A program made the translations under genes and the position numbers. The notes beneath the pieces were generated by a model, which did no database searches, had not been told where the DNA came from, and saw only the letters and a program-made list of their open reading frames with translations. A DNA stretch of 64,000 nt from the IMG/VR virus record IMGVR_UViG_3300026549_000032, positions 154,382 through 218,381 of that record. One strand, given 5' to 3'. Positions 1 through 7,423 of this stretch are shown one piece after another; the stretch's first letter is position 1, and each line of letters opens with the position of its first letter. This DNA comes from a virus (lineage: Duplodnaviria; Caudoviricetes).

Positions 1-74
1 CGAGACTTAATTTCACGGGGCTGGGCCGTTGATGCTGTTAGTCTAGGAGACAAGAACCCGTATAAATACGGAGT

Positions 75-449
75 ATGCTTTGGAGGCTTGATATAATACA
101 TATCGAAGTAAACGATTGGGATCCGACCGACAAAGAAAAAGAGTTAATAGAATACATAGAAGAGCAGGGCAAAGAGAATGACGGCTATAACTACTGTTGG
201 ACTATGTACGACATGGCTCAATACTACTTAATAACTACAACAAAGAGGTGGTTAATGGAACATGGATTTGAATCCTTGATTTCTCATGCTGCCGATTGGG
301 GTTATCACTTATATTCACTCAGAATGTATCCCACTAAATTTACGGGAGAATTCTTAGATGGATTTGATAACGAGATTTATGCTGGGAAGGAAGAGATAAA
401 TAAGTGCCTCCTGAGAGGGATAGAATTAGGATATCGTAAAAAGAAATGA
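75..449 (+). CDS. hypothetical phage protein with M-x-W N-terminus (MLWRL)
   Basis: ORF track; N-terminus matches the MxW family. Confidence 0.6.
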   Translation: MLWRLDIIHIEVNDWDPTDKEKELIEYIEEQGKENDGYNYCWTMYDMAQYYLITTTKRWLMEHGFESLISHAADWGYHLYSLRMYPTKFTGEFLDGFDNEIYAGKEEINKCLLRGIELGYRKKK

Positions 450-476
450 TATCCTTTTCTTTTTCTTATAGGTGAT

Positions 477-866
477 ATGATATATAAATTTAGAATAAAA
501 CCAGAGTTAATGTGGTGGAGGTCTGGAAAAGATTATGCAACAGACAATCCACGTGACCTCTGGGAAGTAACTAATTATTTAATCGAAAGATCATTGAAAG
601 AGTTTTTCGAATATAGGCCAATGACACTTACAGCCAAATATGAGATGGAACGTACTATAGAAGTAGCCATCGAAAAGTGCATACGAGGATATACAGGTAA
701 ATGTTCTATTGAACCTGATTGGTTTGTACACCTAGTGGGAAGTTGGTATCCTGAAGCACTTTCAAATTATGGTGGGAGTATGGACTTGGTTATCTATAAG
801 CCGGAGGAGTTAAAAGTAATCATCAACTCTCTGATGGTGGCGAAGTACATGCAGAAACTCTTATAG
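477..866 (+). CDS. hypothetical protein (MIYKF), possible tail-sheath C-terminal-like segment
   Basis: ORF preceded by motif variant TCTTATAGGTG; YLIERSLKEFFEYRPMT loosely resembles sheath C-termini (weak). Confidence 0.4.
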   Translation: MIYKFRIKPELMWWRSGKDYATDNPRDLWEVTNYLIERSLKEFFEYRPMTLTAKYEMERTIEVAIEKCIRGYTGKCSIEPDWFVHLVGSWYPEALSNYGGSMDLVIYKPEELKVIINSLMVAKYMQKLL

Positions 867-870
867 GTGT

Positions 871-1269
871 ATGGAAGAAAAGAAAATAAAAGACCTAGAA
901 AAAGAACTACGAGAAGTAGACGAAAGAAGAAAAGAAATCATTAAAGAAATGGCTGATCTCAGAGCTAAGATTGCTACTAAGAAGTTTAAAGATATGATAG
1001 GAGGGTGTTATAAGCATCCTAACTATTACTGTGGCAGTCCGAGGTCAGAGCATTGGTACATATACTCAAGAATAACTGGTATCTCTGGGATGGATTCTCT
1101 AGGGGATCCGATCTACGTGACGGAATCTATTCAGAAGACTTGTGATGGAAGGATTGAATATAACCCGAATAATCATGAGACTATGAATAGTAATGACGTG
1201 GGTGGTTGGATCAAGATATCCTTTGAAGAGTTTATGAAAGCAAGAACAGAAATCTTATGCTTGACTTAA
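871..1269 (+). CDS. coiled-coil + (I/V)GK-motif paralog family protein
   Basis: N-terminal coiled coil, MIGGCY, C-terminal KISFEEF; same layout as 45689, 46093, 51260, 51675. Confidence 0.5.
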   Translation: MEEKKIKDLEKELREVDERRKEIIKEMADLRAKIATKKFKDMIGGCYKHPNYYCGSPRSEHWYIYSRITGISGMDSLGDPIYVTESIQKTCDGRIEYNPNNHETMNSNDVGGWIKISFEEFMKARTEILCLT

Positions 1270-1812
1270 ATTATAGGAACACAAACCCTGGGGACCTGGT
1301 ACAGGGGAAGAAAACAGGAACACTCCTCAGAGTCTTGAGGGTTGAGAAGGATGGCCTTTTCGTGGAGGGTTTCAAACAGAAAATTCAATACGAAGACGTA
1401 GAACCTTTCTGGATCTATCCCATTGAGAGGGTTGAAGCCCTAAAAGATATAATCATGGCTGACCCAAGAGAAGACATCGATGGAAAAGGAGATAAGAAGT
1501 ATGAGTTCTGGTTTGGGGATTATAAAGTTTTAACTTTCATGAAGTCGGTAGGTAATAAGGTTAGTGCTTCATGGAGAGAATATCTCCAGACGCCTACCAA
1601 CCTAGATATTACCACAGATCGTTTCAGTGATGTTCAAAGGATGTTCTTTGAGGCAAGTGATGGGTACAGAGAACTACCACTTACCCTTCCAAAACTACCA
1701 ACCTTAAAGTGGAGGTGTTTGGGTTGTGGTCGAGTAATGGCTGAGCCTGGACCTCATAGATGTGGTAGTAACTTCCAAAAACATCACTTGACTTGGGAAA
1801 ATTTGATACTAT

Positions 1813-1842
1813 AGGGGACGTAAAACACGTCCTTTTTCTTTT
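1813..1842 (+). terminator. intrinsic terminator
   Basis: GGACGT-AAAAC-ACGTCC hairpin plus T-tract, directly before a CCTTA-N4-TG motif. Confidence 0.7.
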
Positions 1843-1847
1843 CACTC

Positions 1848-1858
1848 CCTTACCTCTG
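1848..1858 (+). promoter_or_regulatory. CCTTA-N4-TG promoter-like motif
   Basis: CCTTACCTCTG, 2 nt before ATG at 1861; heads the unit that contains the MxW array. Confidence 0.65.
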
Positions 1859-2505
1859 AAATGAGATTTAATTTAATTTATAAAAGAATTAAAGATACAG
1901 ATCCAATAGAGATTCCTAGTCTGGTGAGGGATGATGAAGGAGGAGCATTATCAGGACCAGAAGCTTATAAAGCATTCTGGAAAGCCTATAATGAAACTCA
2001 ACGCACCATAAACGCGCTGATATATCAGTTAGAGATGGTACGTGACTCACTTAACAAGGAATCTAATCAAACAAATAATATATGCTAATCCGGATAACAA
2101 ATCAGAAACTGATTCGTGATGCACTGAATAGATTAGCAGACTTAATGTACGAAACTAATGGACACTACCTCAGGAAGGTTCTTTACGTGGACGATTACTT
2201 GTATCTAGGGCGACACGGTAATAATCTGAAGTACTCTGATAGGTTGGGCATAGTATGTGTAAAAGCATGGCAGAAAAATTGGAGAGAAGGTTACTTCTTA
2301 ATGAAAGAATTAGCGACCGTCTTAAATTCTCAAACCCTCGCTCTACCTTTCGAAGAAGTTCAGAAAAGAATCTGGCAGGAAGCTGTTAATAAACCTTCTA
2401 ATGTAGATTACCTAGAGTACTTAGATAATGCTTACATAACTGTTATGAAGTTTAATAGCATTGTGTTCAATTGGTTTTGGGCTAACTTTTTACATCACTG
2501 GGACA

Positions 2506-3012
2506 ATGTTGTGGCAGCCTATAGAAAGAAAACCTGATGTTGTTATATCTATGGGGAGGTCCTATGTAGAGGATTTCCTCGCCTCAAAAAGAAAGATGAG
2601 CGAACAAATTCCCTCCTGGACAACAATAGCTAGGTGGAGAGGTCATCCCGGAAGGGGGATAAGAGATTTTGGTTTAAATATAACAGATGCTCCTTTTACG
2701 AGAGAACTCTTACATGACTGGTGGGTACATGGAATCGTATCAAACCAGTGGAGAGGTGTCGATGGTACAAAAGCTTTGGAATTATTACCAAACAAAACTA
2801 TTCATGACGCACTCCGTGAATTTATCTACCCAGAAGTGAGTGGTGATTGGAGTGCTAGAGAGGAAAGAGAGGAGAAAGCTTTTGCGTTAGCAATTGTTAG
2901 GATAGACTCTCTATGGACTAAGTTTTGTGAATATTTTATAATTAGAAGATTAATATATGATAGAGTACAAAGAAGGGAACATTTTCACATCTCTAGCGCA
3001 GACTATTACTAA
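2506..3012 (+). CDS. hypothetical protein, MxW family (MLWQP)
   Basis: In-frame ATG at 2506 within ORF 2461..3012. Confidence 0.55.
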   Translation: MLWQPIERKPDVVISMGRSYVEDFLASKRKMSEQIPSWTTIARWRGHPGRGIRDFGLNITDAPFTRELLHDWWVHGIVSNQWRGVDGTKALELLPNKTIHDALREFIYPEVSGDWSAREEREEKAFALAIVRIDSLWTKFCEYFIIRRLIYDRVQRREHFHISSADYY

Positions 3013-3586
3013 TACAGTAAACCTGATGGGAGTCATGGGAGCTGGCTTGGCGTTAGTCCATAAAGCCATATTTCCAAGGATGTATCAAACCTACAGGGAC
3101 TACTGTAAGGCTGGTCAATTTAAAGCAGGTCAGCTTTGGGTATGGGATCAGTCCTGGAAATGGCAGGTCTTAAACTTCCCGACGAAACGACATTGGCGTG
3201 ATTGGTCAGAGATCCCTCTCATCGAAATGGGACTAATGAACTTAGTGAGAACGTATCAGGAGAGAGGAATAACTTCTCTGGCAATACCACTCCTGGGTTG
3301 TCAGAATGGTCACCTGAAAGAGAAGGATGTACTGCCAGTCATGGAGAAGTGGTTAGGACAGATGAATATCCCCGTAGAAATATGGAGACGAAATCCTGAT
3401 GCCCCAAATCCAATCTGGAATGAGCTTAAGTTTAAGTGTTCGGCAGGGAAGACAACTTTCGAGAGAATAGTTCTGGAATGTGAATCTTTCGAGGACTTGG
3501 TTAAACGACCAGGTATAGGAAGAGACTCTTGGGCTAAGGAAACAGGTAAAATACTAGGGATAGAGAAAGATGATATTCAGAATTAA
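2957..3586 (+). CDS. macrodomain protein, DarG/Poa1p-like ADP-ribosyl glycohydrolase
   Basis: GNIF, NTVNLMGVMGAGLA, NFPTKRHW and SLAIPLLGCQNG are canonical macrodomain motifs. Confidence 0.85.
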   Translation: MIEYKEGNIFTSLAQTITNTVNLMGVMGAGLALVHKAIFPRMYQTYRDYCKAGQFKAGQLWVWDQSWKWQVLNFPTKRHWRDWSEIPLIEMGLMNLVRTYQERGITSLAIPLLGCQNGHLKEKDVLPVMEKWLGQMNIPVEIWRRNPDAPNPIWNELKFKCSAGKTTFERIVLECESFEDLVKRPGIGRDSWAKETGKILGIEKDDIQN

Positions 3587-3716
3587 TAATGATATATCTG
3601 ACCTTGTCGGTTGGTATAACGGAATACCTGTCATCCGAGTAGATCGAAGGGAATTGAAAAGAAAATATCTGACCTTCTTGACGATGCGAGATTTATTCGG
3701 AGTTCAGTTTATATGA
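3570..3716 (+). CDS. 48-aa micro-ORF MIFRINNDISDLVGWYNGIPVIR..., capsid-like segment
   Basis: Manually translated; ATGA overlap with the next ORF; GxYxGxxV motif shared with 28169, 30160 and 32210. Confidence 0.6.
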   Translation: MIFRINNDISDLVGWYNGIPVIRVDRRELKRKYLTFLTMRDLFGVQFI

Positions 3717-3823
3717 AGTGGAAATTGAAAACGATAATTGCATCTTGGAAAGGGAAACAGCCCGTATTCCATGCAGAAAGATTTCCATTTCGTTTCTGGA
3801 ATGAAATTTGGTTACCGGGATGA
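3713..3823 (+). CDS. 36-aa MxW micro-ORF (MKWKLK)
   Basis: Manually translated; ATGA overlaps at both ends. Confidence 0.6.
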   Translation: MKWKLKTIIASWKGKQPVFHAERFPFRFWNEIWLPG

Positions 3824-3987
3824 TTTGGAAAATAAATCAAACAGAAGAAATTGGGTACTCTATAACCCATGATAGACCTGTCTATAATTTTAGAAGGGAA
3901 TATGGCCAAACAACTAGTAGCAATATATCTGATTGGTTTAAAGAATGGTATGGGAAGTTAAAAATACTAGAAGGAAACTTAGAGTAA
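3820..3987 (+). CDS. 55-aa MxW micro-ORF (MIWKIN)
   Basis: Manually translated; ATGA overlap with the previous ORF. Confidence 0.6.
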   Translation: MIWKINQTEEIGYSITHDRPVYNFRREYGQTTSSNISDWFKEWYGKLKILEGNLE

Positions 3988-4127
3988 CTGTTAAGATACC
4001 TTTTGGCAAAGTATCATCCAATGGGATAATATATAACAGTGAAGCTCTTCTTGAAGCGATCAAAAGCTGTAATGGCCTAGGAGAGATAACTCATAAAAGT
4101 TCTGACGGACTATGGTTTGGAGTATAA
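3945..4127 (+). CDS. 60-aa MxW micro-ORF (MVWEVK), prohead-protease-like segment
   Basis: NGIIYNSEALLEAIK...LGEITH resembles T4 gp21 NKRLYPKRILEKAV...LGELNHP. Confidence 0.6.
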   Translation: MVWEVKNTRRKLRVTVKIPFGKVSSNGIIYNSEALLEAIKSCNGLGEITHKSSDGLWFGV

Positions 4128-4345
4128 GCCAAGAGGTATTGTTTAGTGAAACCGTCGATAGATTCATGGGAGAATGGCAGAAAATACTTAGAGCGAGTAT
4201 GCGTGCCTTCAGTGCTTCCATGACAGTTGACTTGAATCCAAAGAATATAAACTATGTCACGAAGACTTCGACAGGAACGTGGATTCCAAGTCAGTATGAC
4301 ATAGATACGACTTTGGGAAATAACAATATAGGATATTCGACATGA
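4112..4345 (+). CDS. 77-aa MxW micro-ORF (MVWSIS)
   Basis: ORF track; LFSETVDRF is shared with the next ORF (LFSRKVDRF). Confidence 0.6.
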   Translation: MVWSISQEVLFSETVDRFMGEWQKILRASMRAFSASMTVDLNPKNINYVTKTSTGTWIPSQYDIDTTLGNNNIGYST

Positions 4346-4503
4346 CTTGGGAAGTAAATGCGATACTGTTTAGTAGGAAAGTTGATAGATTCTCTACTAA
4401 ATTTAGAAGCTCTTTCCGAAAGGCAATGATGCTTTCCTACATGTATGGTGGGGATGGACATGTCGTATTTGATTACGAAACAGCAGGATGGAGTGGAAGT
4501 TAG
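4342..4503 (+). CDS. 53-aa MxW micro-ORF (MTWEVN)
   Basis: Manually translated; ATGA overlap; paralog of 4112. Confidence 0.6.
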   Translation: MTWEVNAILFSRKVDRFSTKFRSSFRKAMMLSYMYGGDGHVVFDYETAGWSGS

Positions 4504-4742
4504 CGAAACTAGGAATGCCTAAGCGTTTTTATGATAAGTTAGTCAGAGATGGGAATATAATATTTGCTCCCTACATGCCACTAACTAGTACGCCAACCAT
4601 AGGCAACTTCAGCAATCCCGCGCAAACCGTAAATACCAAATATTATTGTGCGGATACTACTATCTGGTCTTCTAAGAAGATACATACTATCCGTCCCTGC
4701 ACGCTTGACGAGGGAGGAGATAGTGACGTTAGTGAAACATGA
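4488..4742 (+). CDS. 84-aa MxW micro-ORF (MEWKLA), major-capsid C-terminal-like segment
   Basis: IIFAPYMPLTSTPTIGNFSNP resembles the gp23-family YAPYxPL...NFxP motif. Confidence 0.65.
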   Translation: MEWKLAKLGMPKRFYDKLVRDGNIIFAPYMPLTSTPTIGNFSNPAQTVNTKYYCADTTIWSSKKIHTIRPCTLDEGGDSDVSET

Positions 4743-4909
4743 CTTGGAACTTTTCAGACACAATGACCATGGCGATAGAACAGAGGGGAAAGATGGGAAG
4801 AGGTCCTAAAAGACCTAACCTACTCTACTGTTTTAAGACTTGGGTTGAATTGAAAGAGAAAAATGAAACGCTTTTCAAGGCGTGTGAGAAGGAGCTTTTG
4901 AGGAAATGA
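4739..4909 (+). CDS. 56-aa MxW micro-ORF (MTWNFS)
   Basis: Manually translated; ATGA overlaps at both ends. Confidence 0.6.
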   Translation: MTWNFSDTMTMAIEQRGKMGRGPKRPNLLYCFKTWVELKEKNETLFKACEKELLRK

Positions 4910-5010
4910 TTTGGAGGATCAATCCAAGAAAACGGACAAGGACTAGTGGTGTGTTTATCTTGACCAAGGATGGACTTAAGCCTATAAACATTCCGAGGAC
5001 ATGGAAATGA
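4906..5010 (+). CDS. 34-aa MxW micro-ORF (MIWRIN)
   Basis: Manually translated; ATGA overlaps; contains ILTKDGLKPI. Confidence 0.55.
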   Translation: MIWRINPRKRTRTSGVFILTKDGLKPINIPRTWK

Positions 5011-5132
5011 AGTGGAATATAGACATAGATATTTCAAAAGTCCTCCGCCTACGGAGATTAGAATTGATGATGTTTGAGTATTACATTAATCATGATCTGG
5101 GACGTATTAATCGAAGAAATAGGACTTGCTAA
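5007..5132 (+). CDS. 41-aa MxW micro-ORF (MKWNID)
   Basis: Manually translated; ATGA overlap. Confidence 0.55.
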   Translation: MKWNIDIDISKVLRLRRLELMMFEYYINHDLGRINRRNRTC

Positions 5133-5217
5133 ACTAACCATCACTACTTCAACTAAAACAACAACTCATACATGTAAGTTGACGTTAATAACCTCCAGCG
5201 ATGGTGTTAAACGTTGA
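5092..5217 (+). CDS. 41-aa MxW micro-ORF (MIWDVL)
   Basis: Manually translated. Confidence 0.55.
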   Translation: MIWDVLIEEIGLAKLTITTSTKTTTHTCKLTLITSSDGVKR

Positions 5218-5225
5218 AAGAAGAT

Positions 5226-5435
5226 ATGAGGTGGGAGTTTAGTGAACTGGTTAATAGATATGTTAGTCCTCCTATCCCAACACTAGATGATATGTCTAAC
5301 TTAACCTTCTGGGAAAACACCAACAGTAATCTCAGAGATGGGATAAAGGCATACAAACAATTATTACACGTTTACAATGCTTTGGGAGTTAAACCTGATT
5401 TTGAAACCCATCCTGTGGTGGGCGAGGGATTCTGA
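5226..5435 (+). CDS. 69-aa MxW micro-ORF (MRWEFS)
   Basis: In-frame ATG at 5226 within ORF 5214..5435; VYNALGV is weakly portal-like. Confidence 0.55.
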   Translation: MRWEFSELVNRYVSPPIPTLDDMSNLTFWENTNSNLRDGIKAYKQLLHVYNALGVKPDFETHPVVGEGF

Positions 5436-5643
5436 GATTTTCATAGTAGACAGAACCACAGATCCGGTCACCCAAGTAATAGAAGATACAGATGCAGCCT
5501 GGAATAGCTATCATGAATATCAAGCAAAGTACGGGACAAGACTCTTTCCAGAGTACCCAAGCAGGAATGACTGGTATTTTGCAGTAGCTATGACTATGCT
5601 TGAGAATGGTGATTATAAACTAGAAGTATGCAGTGGGAAATAA
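5377..5643 (+). CDS. 88-aa MxW ORF (MLWELN)
   Basis: ORF track. Confidence 0.6.
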   Translation: MLWELNLILKPILWWARDSEIFIVDRTTDPVTQVIEDTDAAWNSYHEYQAKYGTRLFPEYPSRNDWYFAVAMTMLENGDYKLEVCSGK

Positions 5644-6011
5644 GAATAAATCCTAAGAAGTCAGCTAAGATACTAAATGATGAGGTGAGACTGATGGATA
5701 TGATCCTAGAAGCTGAGAAAACTGGAGTTCGTCCAGACACTCTCTACTTTAAAAATCCTTTCGGCGGAAATAACCTTGATTACTCTCACTTCAAAGACCT
5801 ACAGTCTTGTAGAGACAGGTGGGACGATGTTGAAGAACTAATCCTTAGGAAAAATGTAGTCATGCATAGTTACGTCGCAACTGTCGGCAGGAACTATGAA
5901 GGCTATGTCAAGTTTCTTAAGAGATGGAAATGTGATAGGAGTATAATCTCTGAAGAGAACTTTAATAAGTGGTGTGATGAGGTGGAAAATAGATCAAGCG
6001 AAGATGTTTAA
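5628..6011 (+). CDS. 127-aa MxW ORF (MQWEIR)
   Basis: ORF track; C-terminal YEGYVKFL..SEENF resembles 6965 YENYITYF..TEEEF. Confidence 0.65.
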   Translation: MQWEIRINPKKSAKILNDEVRLMDMILEAEKTGVRPDTLYFKNPFGGNNLDYSHFKDLQSCRDRWDDVEELILRKNVVMHSYVATVGRNYEGYVKFLKRWKCDRSIISEENFNKWCDEVENRSSEDV

Positions 6012-6084
6012 TATGTACTTTGAATATTTTCGCGATAAGATCTTCAAAGCAGCGAAAATTCCAAAAGAACGTTTTAGTCAATGA
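5977..6084 (+). CDS. 35-aa MxW micro-ORF (MRWKID), portal-like segment
   Basis: EYFRDKIFKAAKIPKERF resembles the T4-like gp20 D(I/V)xYFxxKLYxALxVPxSR motif; ATGA overlap with the next ORF. Confidence 0.6.
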   Translation: MRWKIDQAKMFNMYFEYFRDKIFKAAKIPKERFSQ

Positions 6085-6194
6085 CTTGGAAGCTCTATGA
6101 CACCCCAGAAGACAAGGCTAGGTTTGCTTTGTGGAAGTTCTTGAAGGACGAAGCATTTAAGAAGCTATGGAATGGAAACTCACCGACGACCTAG
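6081..6194 (+). CDS. 37-aa MxW micro-ORF (MTWKLY)
   Basis: Manually translated; ATGA overlap. Confidence 0.55.
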   Translation: MTWKLYDTPEDKARFALWKFLKDEAFKKLWNGNSPTT

Positions 6195-6340
6195 AAGGGA
6201 ATACTCGTTTGATTCTGAGAAAGTACACTGGGTTGAAACTTACTGATTCAGTGAAGGCTAAAATGGAAGAAGACATAAAGAAAGCCGTTATCACAGAATG
6301 GTTAAAAGGCGGGCTTAGTTCGTTATGGTCTGGAAAGTAA
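6167..6340 (+). CDS. 57-aa MxW micro-ORF (MEWKLT)
   Basis: Manually translated; ILRKYTGLKLTDSVKAKM is weakly sheath C-terminal-like. Confidence 0.55.
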   Translation: MEWKLTDDLEGNTRLILRKYTGLKLTDSVKAKMEEDIKKAVITEWLKGGLSSLWSGK

Positions 6341-6435
6341 CTAATGTACTAAGACCACATCAGAAAGAGTTTTTCGGTTGGCTTAAAGGAGAAGTAGAAA
6401 AGAAAATGCAGGAATTAATAAAGTTGGGTATCTAA
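6325..6435 (+). CDS. 36-aa MxW micro-ORF (MVWKVT) with a Q-motif-like LRPHQKE
   Basis: Manually translated; last ORF before the terminator at about 6424-6450. Confidence 0.55.
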   Translation: MVWKVTNVLRPHQKEFFGWLKGEVEKKMQELIKLGI

Positions 6436-6450
6436 TCCCAATTTTATTTT

Positions 6451-6461
6451 CCTTATTCGTG
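6451..6461 (+). promoter_or_regulatory. CCTTA-N4-TG promoter-like motif
   Basis: CCTTATTCGTG, 1 nt before ATG 6463, directly after a terminator hairpin. Confidence 0.65.
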
Positions 6462-6964
6462 TATGATTAAAATATTAATTTCAGAATTACAACAGAGAGA
6501 GGACAACTTTGCGAAGATGCGCGAGTTGACAACAAAAAACGATGAAATCCGCGATCATGTCGCCTTTCTAGTTAGTCAGACCAACTTGAGAGGCTTGATT
6601 GTGGGAAAACTTGGTAAGACTGCCGACTTTGATCCTGAGGTCGATGAGTTTGAGATTATCGGGTATGAGAAGTCAGAGGATGCTAAACAAGTCAGATTTA
6701 AAGTCAGCGTTAAAAAGAACGAGATGGACTTAGGTCGAGCAAGAGCAACTATGCTTGATGTTCGTCTGACGGACTGGATTGACTTATGATCTTTCGTCTG
6801 AACAAAAAAGCGGCGGACTTATACTACTGGACCATGGGTTATAGGCATAGGAAGGGATTACTTCTCTTACAAGCTAAGCCAGGAGAGCTGTTTAAAGAGT
6901 TCTTGGTGGATGACCCAAGGTATTCTCTGAGAGGAATTGCTAAGAGAGTATTAAGGGTTGGGCC

Positions 6965-7423
6965 ATGATTTGGAAAGACGTAGCTTTTACTTATAACTTC
7001 ATTAACGAGGAATACTTAGCTATAGAAGTTATCAGGAACGAAAAAGAAACGGCAGAGGAATTGGGATATAATCCTTGGGGAATGCTAAGTAAAGTTAGCC
7101 TGGATGACGGACTTTGGTCTCAATTTCTTGGAAGATGCTACGAGACAATCGGAAAAGCACCTAGAATCAGGAGAGACTATTTCAACAGGCTCTTAGATAC
7201 TATAATGCCTGATCCGAAACTCATGTTTCATATGCCCATTGTTACTAATCTTTATACTTGTACGGAAGATTTTATCACAAACATGGGCTACTATTCGACC
7301 TATGAGAACTACATAACGTATTTCACTGGAAAAGGGTGTTGGAAGAAAGCCCTAATGACTGAAGAAGAATTTACGAATCTGTCTAACCTGATTAGTACTA
7401 CTTATGATACTAGAGAATCATAA
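6965..7423 (+). CDS. hypothetical protein, MxW family (MIWKD)
   Basis: ORF track. Confidence 0.6.
   Translation: MIWKDVAFTYNFINEEYLAIEVIRNEKETAEELGYNPWGMLSKVSLDDGLWSQFLGRCYETIGKAPRIRRDYFNRLLDTIMPDPKLMFHMPIVTNLYTCTEDFITNMGYYSTYENYITYFTGKGCWKKALMTEEEFTNLSNLISTTYDTRES

Noticed and set aside
3709-5037. Minus-strand ORFs 3709..3909, 4581..4763 and 4825..5037
   Set aside because: They are antisense shadows; the plus strand is tiled by coupled MxW ORFs.
3570-6435. MxW array as a CRISPR array or integron
   Set aside because: There is no nucleotide repeat longer than ATGNNNTGGR, no attC-like hairpins, unit lengths are irregular, and no cas or integrase gene is in the window.
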